In this document: in pieces, positions 17,108 through 26,749 of the stretch
Numbering within the stretch: position 1 is the stretch's first letter
How the letters are laid out: every line of letters begins with the position of its first letter
Source: an uncultured Alphaproteobacteria bacterium
Lineage (GTDB): Bacteria; Pseudomonadota; Alphaproteobacteria; CAAHEQ01; UBA3637
Assembly (NCBI GenBank): GCA_944392585.1
Contig: CALXXA010000025.1
Span: forward strand, 25,701 to 89,700
Direction: 5' to 3'
DNA length: 64,000 nucleotides
Notes under the pieces: generated by a model
The model's input: the letters and a program-made list of their open reading frames with translations, nothing else
Database searches by the model: none
What the model was told of the DNA's origin: nothing
Program-made: the position numbers and the translations under genes

Positions 17108-18958
17108 ATGAGCGAAGAAAAATTATCATTCCAAGCAGATGTCAGTAAAGTCTTAGACATTGTCGTCAATTCATTATATTCTCATAATGAAATTTTCTTA
17201 AGAGAGCTGATTTCTAATGCCTCAGACGCTTGCGATAAGCTTCGTTATGCTCTTCTAACACATCCTTCTTTGGGGAAAGGAAGATCTTTTCAAATTACGC
17301 TCATTCCAAATAAAGAAGAGAAAACTCTAACTATCCAAGACAATGGAATAGGAATGAACAAAGATGATTTGATTCATCATTTAGGAACAATTGCACACTC
17401 TGGCTCCGCAGAATTCATTAAAAATCTGACGGGTGACAACAAAAAAGATATTACTCTCATTGGACAATTTGGAGTCGGCTTTTATTCTGCTTTCATGGTT
17501 GCAAATCATGTTACGGTGTTGACTAAAAAAGCCGGGGATACACAAGGATGGCGTTGGGATTCGGAAGGGAAAGGAACTTTTAATCTTATACAAGACGACA
17601 GCGCTCCGGACGGAACGGTAATAATCTTACGCTTAAAAAATGGAATGGAAGAATACACAGATCCTCTTCGCTTACGAACAATCGTCCGCCAGTATTCAGA
17701 CCATATATCAATTCCTATTATTTTAGATATCGGCAAAAACAAAGAAACAATAAATACAGCCTCCGCTTTATGGATGCGCCCGAAATCAGACATCACAGAA
17801 GAACAATATCGTGATTTTTACCGACATTTAACACATGCTTTTGACGATCCTTGGATGACTATTCACTTTAAGGCAGAAGGAGTTATAGAATATACAGGAT
17901 TATTATTCATCCCGGGGAAACCTCCTCTTAATCTATTTCAACCAGATCAAAAGGAAACGTTAAGCCTCTACATTAATAAAGTATTTATTTCTAATGAAGT
18001 AGAAGATATCCTTCCTCATTTTCTAAGATTCGTTCGTGGTGTCATCGATACAACAGAACTTCCTTTGAACGTCAGCCGAGAAATGTTACAATATACCCCT
18101 GTTTTGAAAAAAATAAAAAAAGGTCTGATCAAACGACTTTTAACAGATCTCAAAAAACGTTCTCAAGACACACAAAAATACCAAATATTTTGGGATAACT
18201 TCGGAATTGTTTTCAAAGAAGGTCTATATGAAGACCGCGAACATGAAAAAGAAATTGCCGAATTATGTCGATTCCATTCGACAAGAGGAAATGAACTGAC
18301 CTGTTTTGCAGATTATGTCTCCAGAATGCCGAAAGAACAAAAAAACATTTACTACCTGACGGGGGATGATTTATCTGTTTTACGGAACAGCCCTCAATTA
18401 GAAGGATTTACATCAAGAGGAATCGAAGTTTTATTATTAACAGATCCTATTGATGAATTTTGGCCGCAAGTTTACACGATCTATGAAGGGAAATCAATCA
18501 AATCAGTAACTCACCCTGATTCAGATATTCATGATATTAAGACTATTGAAGAATCACCTGAAAAACCTATTGATCAAGCTTTACAAACAGTTTTAATCAA
18601 CAAAATCAAAGAACTCTTAAAAGAAGAAATCAAAGATGTAACTTTAACCGATCGTTTAAATAAAAGCCCTGTTGCTTTAGTCGCCAAAGCAGGACAAATG
18701 AGCATTCATCTAGAAAGGCTGATGAAAACCCATGGGCAACGACAATCTTTTATGAGCGACCGTATATTAGAAATAAACCCACGCCATCCCCTTATCAAGA
18801 AATTAGCACAGGCTATTTTAGATAAAAGAGATCTTCAAAAAGTAGATGACGCCATTTGGATTTTATATGATCAAGCACGGTTTACAGAGGGAGAACCATT
18901 AAAAGATCCTTCGGGTTTTGCAAGACGTATTAACTCTTTTTTAGAAGGTATTCTATAA
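17108..18958 (+). CDS. htpG: Molecular chaperone HtpG (Hsp90).
   Basis: 616 aa with the N-terminal ATPase motif LYSHNEIFLRELISNASDA and GxxGxG. Hsp90 family throughout. Confidence 0.95.
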   Translation: MSEEKLSFQADVSKVLDIVVNSLYSHNEIFLRELISNASDACDKLRYALLTHPSLGKGRSFQITLIPNKEEKTLTIQDNGIGMNKDDLIHHLGTIAHSGSAEFIKNLTGDNKKDITLIGQFGVGFYSAFMVANHVTVLTKKAGDTQGWRWDSEGKGTFNLIQDDSAPDGTVIILRLKNGMEEYTDPLRLRTIVRQYSDHISIPIILDIGKNKETINTASALWMRPKSDITEEQYRDFYRHLTHAFDDPWMTIHFKAEGVIEYTGLLFIPGKPPLNLFQPDQKETLSLYINKVFISNEVEDILPHFLRFVRGVIDTTELPLNVSREMLQYTPVLKKIKKGLIKRLLTDLKKRSQDTQKYQIFWDNFGIVFKEGLYEDREHEKEIAELCRFHSTRGNELTCFADYVSRMPKEQKNIYYLTGDDLSVLRNSPQLEGFTSRGIEVLLLTDPIDEFWPQVYTIYEGKSIKSVTHPDSDIHDIKTIEESPEKPIDQALQTVLINKIKELLKEEIKDVTLTDRLNKSPVALVAKAGQMSIHLERLMKTHGQRQSFMSDRILEINPRHPLIKKLAQAILDKRDLQKVDDAIWILYDQARFTEGEPLKDPSGFARRINSFLEGIL

Positions 18959-18971
18959 AAACGAGCCCCTT

Positions 18972-19334
18972 TTAATTCAAAAAGCATGACACCGTATTGA
19001 GAAAATCAGAAACTGAGATCGGTTTTGCGATATATCCGTTACATCCTCCATCTATAATCTTTTGCTCATCTCCTTTCATAGCGAAAGCAGTAACAGCAAT
19101 GATTTTTGTATCTTTAATATCAGGATCTCTGCGGATAAGGGAAGTTACCTCCAATCCTGATATTTCAGGCATTTGGATATCCATTAAGATTAAATCAGGT
19201 TTTTCTTGTCTAGCGACATCTAAAGCCTTACGACCATCTAAACATTGAATAACACAATATCCTTTTGTTTTTAACAAATCGGAAAACAACCGCATATTCA
19301 TTTCATTGTCTTCAACGATTAGAATTTTAGACAT
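18972..19334 (-). CDS. divK: Single-domain response regulator DivK.
   Basis: ILIVEDNEMNMRLF...DLILMDIQMPEISGLEV...AVTAFAMKGDE...GGCNGYIAKPISV closely matches the alphaproteobacterial DivK sequence. Start trimmed to MSKILIV. Confidence 0.8.
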   Translation of the reverse strand: MSKILIVEDNEMNMRLFSDLLKTKGYCVIQCLDGRKALDVARQEKPDLILMDIQMPEISGLEVTSLIRRDPDIKDTKIIAVTAFAMKGDEQKIIDGGCNGYIAKPISVSDFLNTVSCFLN

Positions 19335-19421
19335 CGACTTCTCCCTTGAAAAAAAAATCAAATAATATACTATAAGATTTTATATCATAAAAGCTCCAGA
19401 AAAATATTCAAGGAAATTATC

Positions 19422-20033
19422 ATGATTTGTTCAAAATGTCCCCGTTTACATGGTTTTATAGAAGAAAATAAAATTAAGTTTCCAAATTTTTTTAATGCTC
19501 CTGTTCCTTCTTTTGGAGATTCGATGGCGAAATTAATGATTGTAGGTTTAGCCCCGGGGCTTAAAGGAGCGAATCAAACGGGACGCCCTTTTACCAAAGA
19601 TTATGCGGGAGATTTATTATATCCGACTTTGATTAGATATGGTTGGGCGAAAGGAGAATATAAAGCATCTCCGGATGATGGATTACAGCTGACGGGAGCT
19701 TTAATTACCAACGCCGTTCGCTGTGTTCCTCCTCAAAATAAAGTCACACCGCAAGAGATCAAGACATGTAATTTCTTTTTACAAAAACAAATTCAAGAAC
19801 TACCGAACTTAAAGGTTATTCTTGCTTTAGGAACAGTTGCTCATGCTGCGGTTCTTTTAGCCTACGGCTATAAAAAAAGTGCGTATAAATTTTCTCATGG
19901 CGCATTGCACGAATTACCCGCCGGAATCTTATTAATCGACAGCTATCATTGCTCTAGATATAACACAAATACAGGAACTCTAACGACGGAAATGTTTGAG
20001 GATATTTTTAAAACAATAGGGGAAATTTTATAA
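19422..20033 (+). CDS. Uracil-DNA glycosylase, family 4-type (Fe-S).
   Basis: 203 aa with N-terminal CxxC (CSKCPRL), a GLAPG motif and HPS-like C-terminal motifs of family 4/5 UDGs. Confidence 0.7.
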   Translation: MICSKCPRLHGFIEENKIKFPNFFNAPVPSFGDSMAKLMIVGLAPGLKGANQTGRPFTKDYAGDLLYPTLIRYGWAKGEYKASPDDGLQLTGALITNAVRCVPPQNKVTPQEIKTCNFFLQKQIQELPNLKVILALGTVAHAAVLLAYGYKKSAYKFSHGALHELPAGILLIDSYHCSRYNTNTGTLTTEMFEDIFKTIGEIL

Positions 20034-20035
20034 TT

Positions 20036-20500
20036 TTATTTATTCTTAAAAGTCATAATACGTTGTTTATCACGATTCCATTCTCGTTCTTTCTGTGCTT
20101 GACGCTTATCTGCATGTGTTTTACCGATAGCGATTCCCAGACATACTTTTGCTAAACCTTTTTCATTAAAATATAAATCCAAAGGAATTAAAGTATATCC
20201 TTTCCGGGCGATAGAACCTAATAATTCTTTCATTTCTTTTTTATGGAGTAATAACTTTCGCGGAGCAGTTTCATTATGCTTAAAAAAAGAACTTTGTTTA
20301 TAAGTTGTTATATGAGCATTCATTAAATACAAAGCTCCTTTTTCAGCCGCCGCATAACTTTCAGAGATATTGGCATGACCTAACCGCAAAGACTTAACTT
20401 CACTTCCTGTTAGAACCAACCCTGCTTCAATTGTTTTAATAATTGTATAATTGAATCGAGCTTTTCTGTTTTTAGAGACGCTTCCTGTTTTAATAAACAT
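20036..20500 (-). CDS. smpB: SsrA-binding protein SmpB.
   Basis: 154 aa with GYTLIPLDLYFNEKGLAKVCLGIAIGK, typical of SmpB. Confidence 0.9.
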   Translation of the reverse strand: MFIKTGSVSKNRKARFNYTIIKTIEAGLVLTGSEVKSLRLGHANISESYAAAEKGALYLMNAHITTYKQSSFFKHNETAPRKLLLHKKEMKELLGSIARKGYTLIPLDLYFNEKGLAKVCLGIAIGKTHADKRQAQKEREWNRDKQRIMTFKNK

Positions 20501-20917
20501 TTACTTTCCTTGCCTTTTATCTGTAATCAGCAAATCCTCGACAGGAGGTTCTCCTTCTATAGGATCATCCACACGTCTACATCTTCCATTTAAGACGGCT
20601 CCGGATTCAATTGTAATAGTTTCCTGAGTAATATTTCCGTTAACTTGAGCACTTGAGCCAAGTTTAACACCACGAGCCATAATTTCTCCCAAGACAGAAC
20701 CATAGACTTCGACATAATCTGCAGTAATAATTCCCGCCACTTTCCCATGTTCTCCTAAAGTCACACGACGCGCCGTTACATTTCCTTCAATGGCTCCATC
20801 AAAATGAAGTTCCCCTTCCATAACAAGATTCCCTTTAATAACCGTCCCGTCTGTAATAATAGATAAAGCCTCATGATGAGTATCAGAAATTTTAGTTTCT
20901 TTTAATTTTCTAAACAT
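20501..20917 (-). CDS. Bactofilin (DUF583) cytoskeletal protein.
   Basis: 138 aa. The beta-helical repeat pattern (G.V.G.V...G.I.G.V) is characteristic of bactofilins. Confidence 0.8.
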   Translation of the reverse strand: MFRKLKETKISDTHHEALSIITDGTVIKGNLVMEGELHFDGAIEGNVTARRVTLGEHGKVAGIITADYVEVYGSVLGEIMARGVKLGSSAQVNGNITQETITIESGAVLNGRCRRVDDPIEGEPPVEDLLITDKRQGK

Positions 20918-21905
20918 TTAAATTCCCCTTTTGAGTTCTTAAAAAACGATACGGATTAACAGGCTTTTTCCCAATAAGAATTTCATAATGCAAGTGAGGG
21001 CCTGTACTTCTTCCAGTATTTCCGGTTAATCCAATTTTATCTCCTGCTTGAACGACATCTCCTTTTTTAACTAGAATTTTCGACAAATGAGCATACCGCG
21101 TTATAAATCCGAGTTCATGTTCAACCTCAATAAATTTTCCATAAGCACCATTTACGAAAGCTCTTTTAACTATACCCGGAGCTGTAACATAAATAGGCGT
21201 TTTTAAGCTCGCCGCAATATCAATTCCCTCATGGCGTGCTCTTTTCCCCGTAAAAGGGTCTTTTCTAATACCGAAAGCAGCAGAGATACGTTTTTCACTA
21301 ACAGGATACCCCAAAGGCATTCCATCAGATAAAGTCAATAAACTTTCCAAATAATCCACCTTATCATAAACTGCTGTTAATTTTTGAGCATACGTAAAAG
21401 TGAGCAAAGAAGATGACATATCAGGAATAAACGGACCTCCGACATTTTCTGTTTTTTTCACTTTGTTTAATAGAACAGAAATCGGAGTTCCATTGTCTTT
21501 TAGAATTTTTTCCACTTTTTTAAAGCCCTCTTCTGTATTTTTAATTTCTTCCGAGACTAAAACATCCACTTTATCTAAAATATCTTTGTGCGCTTGTTGA
21601 ATATCCAGCGCTAATTTTTCAGATTGTTCCGCTCTTTCTCGATAATAAGCTAATTCTTTTTTTAATTGATTGTTTTCTGTCTGTTTTAAGTTTAAAGCCG
21701 CTTCTTTATTTCGAATTAAATCATTACTAAAGAAATAAACCATTGAAATCTGCAATATCCAATATAAACTCGTCAAAAAGAGCATAAAACAAATAATTTG
21801 CGCCCAAGGACGAATTGTTAATGTTGTCATTTTCTTACCACAGCAAACAATAATTTTTTTCTGTTGAAAATACTTTTTTTGATTTCTCAGAAAACTCCAT
21901 TTCAT
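20910..21905 (-). CDS. M23 family (LytM-domain) peptidoglycan metalloendopeptidase with N-terminal TM helix and coiled coil.
   Basis: 331 aa with C-terminal HEGIDIA...GNTGRSTGPHLHYEI M23 motifs. Overlaps the bactofilin gene start by 8 nt. Confidence 0.8.
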   Translation of the reverse strand: MKWSFLRNQKKYFQQKKIIVCCGKKMTTLTIRPWAQIICFMLFLTSLYWILQISMVYFFSNDLIRNKEAALNLKQTENNQLKKELAYYRERAEQSEKLALDIQQAHKDILDKVDVLVSEEIKNTEEGFKKVEKILKDNGTPISVLLNKVKKTENVGGPFIPDMSSSLLTFTYAQKLTAVYDKVDYLESLLTLSDGMPLGYPVSEKRISAAFGIRKDPFTGKRARHEGIDIAASLKTPIYVTAPGIVKRAFVNGAYGKFIEVEHELGFITRYAHLSKILVKKGDVVQAGDKIGLTGNTGRSTGPHLHYEILIGKKPVNPYRFLRTQKGNLNV

Positions 21906-21973
21906 TTTTTATCTACCCTTATATACAAACCTCCGACACACACGTAAGACATATTTTCTATTCAAAATCATCT

Positions 21974-23686
21974 TTAAAGAGGAAGCCATTTCAAACATAC
22001 TTTTTCCAACCACTTTTTTGTTTTTTCATTTACTTTAGGATATATTTTTTCCATGATATTTTTATAATATCCTTGCATCCAGGCTTTCTCATCCTCTGAT
22101 AAATCCTGTTCATTAATCAGTTCATCACAAAAAGGAATAAAAGTCAACATTTCGAAACGAAGCCAATCTTTCTTATACTTTTGAACAGTCATCATATTTT
22201 CCAATCGTATCCCGAACTTATTTTTTAGATAAAAAGCTGGTTCGTTTGTCAAAACCATATTTTCCTGTAAAGGTTCTATTGAATTTTTAGACAAAGAAGG
22301 AGGTGTTTCATGAACATTCAAAAAAGCACCGACTCCATGCCCTGTCCCATGATCATAATCTAATCCTTCCTGCCACAAGAATTGTCTTGCTAAAACATCT
22401 AATTGAGCTCCGGAAGTTCCTTTAGGGAAAATACTTTTTGCCATAGCGATATGTCCCTTGAGAACCTGTGTATAACGTTTTACTAATAACTCGGAAGGTT
22501 TCTTTTTAAGAGAAACTGTTCGAGTTACATCCGTCGTACCACATAAGAATTGACTTCCCACATCCAATAAATAAATTGAATTTCCTTTTAGTTTAGTCGC
22601 AGAATTTTTTTGCGGAACATAATGAGGCAATGATGAATGAGCTCCCACAGCAGAAATCGGGGGAAAACTATTCCCTATATAATCTTGATTTTCCTTTCGG
22701 AATTTTTCCAAGTTCCGCAAGACGGAAAGTTCCGTTCCATCGAGAGGGTTTTCAAGAAGATCAGAAAAAAACTGACATAAAGCGACACTCTCTTTTATTC
22801 CCGCGAAACGAATTCCTTTTATTTCCACGCTGTTTTTAACACATTTGAGTTTATCAAAAGGATTTGTCATAAATCGCACCGAAACGCCACATTGTATCAA
22901 ATCCTGTTTAATTTTAACAGGCGTTTGAAAACGATCTATTCCAACTACTTTCCCTTTTAAGGAAGAAAGTCTTTCATAAGTTAGTTCCTGAACTTTCCCG
23001 AAGGCAGGGACGATACATCTTGATAATAGAACCGGAGAATACGAGAGAGCATCGCTGCGTTTATTCAAAAGCCATGATACAGTATCAGTTGAAGAAACAA
23101 TAAAAGCATCTAAGTTATTCTCACGTAAAATTTTCTGAACCGATGAAGCCTTTTGTTGAGTCGTTTTCCCCGCATATTTTTTAGGATACGAATAAATCTT
23201 TATCAATGGAGGACGCGGTCTGTCTTCCCAAAGTAAATCAATAGGATTTTCTTGACATGGATAAAACCTAACGTTTTTTCGGGCGCATACATTTATCCAT
23301 CTTTCTATTTGATCAACAGAATGGAGGCTCGGATCATAAGCGATCACACTATTTTTTTTAATATGTTTGCTTAACCATTGAGTAACAGTTGTTTGTCGAG
23401 GGACATGGAGAACTTTAAATTTCGTTTGTTTTTGAGCCTGCGACACATATCTTCCGTCAACGAATAAAACTGCTTGCTTATCTGTAATAACAGCCATTCC
23501 GGCAGAGCCCGAAAAACCTGTCACATATGCAAGCCGTTCATTTTCACAAGATAACATTTCATTTTGATATTCATCATCATGTGCGATAATAAGAGCATTA
23601 GCTCCGATTTGCCGCAAGTAGTCTCTAATTTTTTTTAACAAGAACAGTTCCCCACTCATTAATTTTTTCCTGATTAATACAAACAA
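21974..23686 (-). CDS. pepP: Xaa-Pro aminopeptidase (M24B, aminopeptidase P family).
   Basis: 570 aa with a creatinase-like N-domain (ERLAYVTGFSGSAG) and a C-terminal M24 catalytic domain (HGTGHGVG...). Confidence 0.8.
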   Translation of the reverse strand: MFVLIRKKLMSGELFLLKKIRDYLRQIGANALIIAHDDEYQNEMLSCENERLAYVTGFSGSAGMAVITDKQAVLFVDGRYVSQAQKQTKFKVLHVPRQTTVTQWLSKHIKKNSVIAYDPSLHSVDQIERWINVCARKNVRFYPCQENPIDLLWEDRPRPPLIKIYSYPKKYAGKTTQQKASSVQKILRENNLDAFIVSSTDTVSWLLNKRSDALSYSPVLLSRCIVPAFGKVQELTYERLSSLKGKVVGIDRFQTPVKIKQDLIQCGVSVRFMTNPFDKLKCVKNSVEIKGIRFAGIKESVALCQFFSDLLENPLDGTELSVLRNLEKFRKENQDYIGNSFPPISAVGAHSSLPHYVPQKNSATKLKGNSIYLLDVGSQFLCGTTDVTRTVSLKKKPSELLVKRYTQVLKGHIAMAKSIFPKGTSGAQLDVLARQFLWQEGLDYDHGTGHGVGAFLNVHETPPSLSKNSIEPLQENMVLTNEPAFYLKNKFGIRLENMMTVQKYKKDWLRFEMLTFIPFCDELINEQDLSEDEKAWMQGYYKNIMEKIYPKVNEKTKKWLEKVCLKWLPL

Positions 23687-24509
23687 ATCCGGCTCTTTGA
23701 TGAGCCTCCATCACCCATTTTTTCTGTCTATTTAAAAATCCTGATAAAATAGCATATCCCCCATTATTTAAATGCTTAAATAACTTTGGCGCCATTTCAA
23801 TTAAAGGCCTCGCTAAAATATTTTCAAAGATTAAATCATACGTCTTATTAATTTTCTCATATCCATCACTTTGCCAGACTCGGATATAAGGAGACACATT
23901 GTTCTCACGAATATTTTCCACTGTAACATTCACAGCTTCGCTATCAATATCAACAGCATCTATGGACACGTTTTCATTTAAAACTTTGGCTGCCGCCATA
24001 GAAAGAATTCCGGATCCGCAGCCCATATCCAAAATACTCTTAGGAGTAAAATTTTCCAGTAGTTTATCAAACAAGTATAGACAGCCTTGAGTTGTCGCAT
24101 GTTCTCCGGATCCGAACGCCGTTGAAGCATCAATTTTTAAAGATATTTTATCATTAGGAGAAAGATTTTTGATATGAGAACCATACACATAATATCTTCC
24201 GATAGAAATAGGTTTAAAACTACTTAAAGATTCCTTAAGCCAATTTTTTGGAGGCATTAGAATTAAATTTAATTGAGGTTCTTCTATTCCAGCGCTCAAA
24301 GCGGCGACAGCTAAAGTAACTTGTAAAAGATGACAATCTGGTTTTTGATTAAAAATAGCTTCGATTTTCCATTTTCCTTTATCGGAGCCTTTTTCCAATA
24401 AAGACATTAAAACAGCATCGGCATAAGGTTCTAGAGCTCTATCAAAATAAGGGAGAGCTTTTTCGGGAATAATAAAAACACTTTGATAAGTTTGACTGGA
24501 TTTGGTCAT
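23625..24509 (-). CDS. prmA: Ribosomal protein L11 methyltransferase PrmA.
   Basis: 294 aa with SAM motif LDMGCGSGILSMAAAK and PrmA-like overall architecture. Confidence 0.85.
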   Translation of the reverse strand: MTKSSQTYQSVFIIPEKALPYFDRALEPYADAVLMSLLEKGSDKGKWKIEAIFNQKPDCHLLQVTLAVAALSAGIEEPQLNLILMPPKNWLKESLSSFKPISIGRYYVYGSHIKNLSPNDKISLKIDASTAFGSGEHATTQGCLYLFDKLLENFTPKSILDMGCGSGILSMAAAKVLNENVSIDAVDIDSEAVNVTVENIRENNVSPYIRVWQSDGYEKINKTYDLIFENILARPLIEMAPKLFKHLNNGGYAILSGFLNRQKKWVMEAHQRAGFVCINQEKINEWGTVLVKKN

Positions 24510-25651
24510 TTTTGTAAAGCCAACTCCTCATAAACTTTCAATGTTTTCTCACACATTTTAGAAATAGAAAAATAGTTTCGCACAGATTCAATCGCGGCGA
24601 CAGATATTTTTTTTCTATCTCCTAAGGACATATCTAATATTCTATCCAAAGTTTTAGCCAACGCCATCGCATCTCCAGGCTTTACGAGGAATCCAGTTAA
24701 TTCATCTTGAATTGTCTCAGTTGCTCCGCCATGATCGGTTCCAACGACCAGTCTTCCCATAGCTTGAGCTTCAGGAATAATTCTTCCAAAAGCTTCCGGA
24801 TCTGTGGAAGCGGAAATAACAATATCTGATAGCATATATGCGACCGGCATATCCTGACAATAATCTCGGATTAAGACATTTGTTTCTAAACCTAATTTCT
24901 CTATTTTTTCTTTTATTTCTTTATAATACTCTTTTTTCCCTTGATCCGAACCGACGAACAAGCACGTCACAGCCTTATTTTTCATTTTCGAAAGAGCTTC
25001 CAGAACAACCAAATGACCTTTCCAACGAGTCAAGCGTCCAGGTAACATCAGAACAGGTTTATCTAAAGGAACTTGCCATTTTTCTGCCAACTCGATAACG
25101 CGTTCAGGTTTTACTTTCAAAGGATTGAACTTATTTATATCAGCACCTCTATAAATAAGCCGAATACGAGAAGATGCAATATGATAATTATCTAAAATAT
25201 GTTTTGTAACGAAATTAGAAATAGAAATGACCAAATCGCCGGAAACCATAACTTTATTATAAGGTTTTTTGAACCATTCTGGTTTTATATTATAAACGCC
25301 ATGAAAAGTCGTCAAAAACTTAACGCCGGGACATTTCCGCAATGCGATTTTAGCCGCCCATGCGGGAGCGCGAGATCGAGCATGAACGATTTTAACATTT
25401 TTATGACGAATAATTTCCCGTAATTTTCTGCTGTTTTGAAGAATAACAAAAGGATTTTTAGAATGGATCGGCAATTGAATATGTTCTACTCCCATTTTTT
25501 TTAATTCATAAACCAACATACCTCCGCGAGAAACAACGATATTCGGCCATTTATTTTCTTTAAGAGCTTTAGCTATTTCTATAGTTCCTCTTTCAACGCC
25601 ACCGCTTTCCAAGGCCGGTAAAATTTGCATAATAACAGGTTTTTCAGTCAT
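24506..25651 (-). CDS. Glycosyltransferase family 4 (group 1).
   Basis: GT4 C-terminal E...GRLVVGTDHGGATE motif region. Start trimmed to MTEKPVIMQIL. Confidence 0.75.
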   Translation of the reverse strand: MTEKPVIMQILPALESGGVERGTIEIAKALKENKWPNIVVSRGGMLVYELKKMGVEHIQLPIHSKNPFVILQNSRKLREIIRHKNVKIVHARSRAPAWAAKIALRKCPGVKFLTTFHGVYNIKPEWFKKPYNKVMVSGDLVISISNFVTKHILDNYHIASSRIRLIYRGADINKFNPLKVKPERVIELAEKWQVPLDKPVLMLPGRLTRWKGHLVVLEALSKMKNKAVTCLFVGSDQGKKEYYKEIKEKIEKLGLETNVLIRDYCQDMPVAYMLSDIVISASTDPEAFGRIIPEAQAMGRLVVGTDHGGATETIQDELTGFLVKPGDAMALAKTLDRILDMSLGDRKKISVAAIESVRNYFSISKMCEKTLKVYEELALQK

Positions 25652-25655
25652 ATGT

Positions 25656-26057
25656 TTATTCCGGGAAAACTTGTCTGCTTTTTTGAGCGGGAGCACGTTC
25701 AATATAACCTTTATTTTTCATGCATTTTTTATACACAGAAGGGATCATAGACCAATCATCCAACAAAGAATTGACATAAACAGGTTGAGCCCCTGGATAT
25801 GGGATAACACTCGCCCAAATACCATTATTAGAATCATTATCAAACCGCAATTTTGGTAAAGGCTCTGTTCCCGGAGGCCATGCGGGGAGCGTCCAAGGCC
25901 AATAATCGGCTTCAGCCAAGCATTGATTATGATCTCTGGCGAACCACTGAGGACCGATACCTTGTTTATACCAATAATAAGTTGTCTGCCCTCCGCCACA
26001 AGCAACAAGGAGGTTTAAAAAACTCAAATAGAAGAAAAGTTTAATTCTTTTTTTCAT
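25656..26057 (-). CDS. Hypothetical lipoprotein (lipobox LLVAC).
   Basis: 133 aa. Signal peptide with lipobox LNLLVAC followed by GGGQ. Confidence 0.5.
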   Translation of the reverse strand: MKKRIKLFFYLSFLNLLVACGGGQTTYYWYKQGIGPQWFARDHNQCLAEADYWPWTLPAWPPGTEPLPKLRFDNDSNNGIWASVIPYPGAQPVYVNSLLDDWSMIPSVYKKCMKNKGYIERAPAQKSRQVFPE

Positions 26058-26068
26058 GGAACACCTCT

Positions 26069-26749
26069 TTAAAAGTCTAAATCCGAGTAACTATTTGGAG
26101 GTATCATACCAGGTAATCTATCCATTAGCAAGGATTGAAATGACGGACGAGATTTGATTCTCGCGTACCAAGCTTTTGTTTCCAAATACAAGCTCCAATC
26201 TATTTCTCCCAAATAGTCTAAAACAGACAGATGAGCGGCTATATCAAAATCAGCCATAGAAATATGACCTCCGGCTAAATAGTTACGTCTTTCAGCCAAC
26301 CATTCGACATATTTTAAATGTCTTTTTAAATTTTGCCTTCCTGCACGAATCATAATAGAGTCAGGTTCTTTTTTCCCTTGTACTTGTTTTAATAAACGTT
26401 CTTTTACCAATGTATCATAGACTTCTTCATAGAAAAGAGAATCGAACCATGCTATTAGTCGCCGAACTTCAGCTCGAAAGACAGGATTATCCCCCAACAA
26501 ATCCATTCCCATTCGTGTTTCATTTAAATACTCGCAAATAGCTTGATGAGAACACAGAACCGTTCCGTCTACATCAATTAAGACAGGAACTTCTCCGGCT
26601 GGGTTCAATTTCAAAAAATCAATTCGTCTTTCCCATGGCTTTTCAAACTGAAGAGCGTGCTCAACCCCTTTTTCGAACAAACATAACCGAACTTTCCTAG
26701 AAAAAGGACATAAAGGATAATGATATAAAGTTACTCTTTCTTTTGTCAT
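26069..26749 (-). CDS. Glutathione S-transferase.
   Basis: 226 aa with a thioredoxin-like N-domain (LYHYPLCPFSRKVRL) and a GST C-domain. Confidence 0.8.
   Translation of the reverse strand: MTKERVTLYHYPLCPFSRKVRLCLFEKGVEHALQFEKPWERRIDFLKLNPAGEVPVLIDVDGTVLCSHQAICEYLNETRMGMDLLGDNPVFRAEVRRLIAWFDSLFYEEVYDTLVKERLLKQVQGKKEPDSIMIRAGRQNLKRHLKYVEWLAERRNYLAGGHISMADFDIAAHLSVLDYLGEIDWSLYLETKAWYARIKSRPSFQSLLMDRLPGMIPPNSYSDLDF

Noticed and set aside
16975-17169. 64-aa minus-strand ORF overlapping the htpG promoter and start
   Set aside because: It overlaps the htpG 5' end and promoter region, and it has odd composition. It is more likely non-coding regulatory DNA.
17381-17796. Two minus-strand ORFs inside htpG
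   Set aside because: Antisense to a gene with unmistakable Hsp90 homology.
25671-26044. ORFs 25671..25859, 25745..26008 and 25853..26044 overlapping the lipoprotein gene
   Set aside because: These are alternative-frame or antisense ORFs within 25656..26057. Only the lipobox-bearing frame has a coherent signal peptide.
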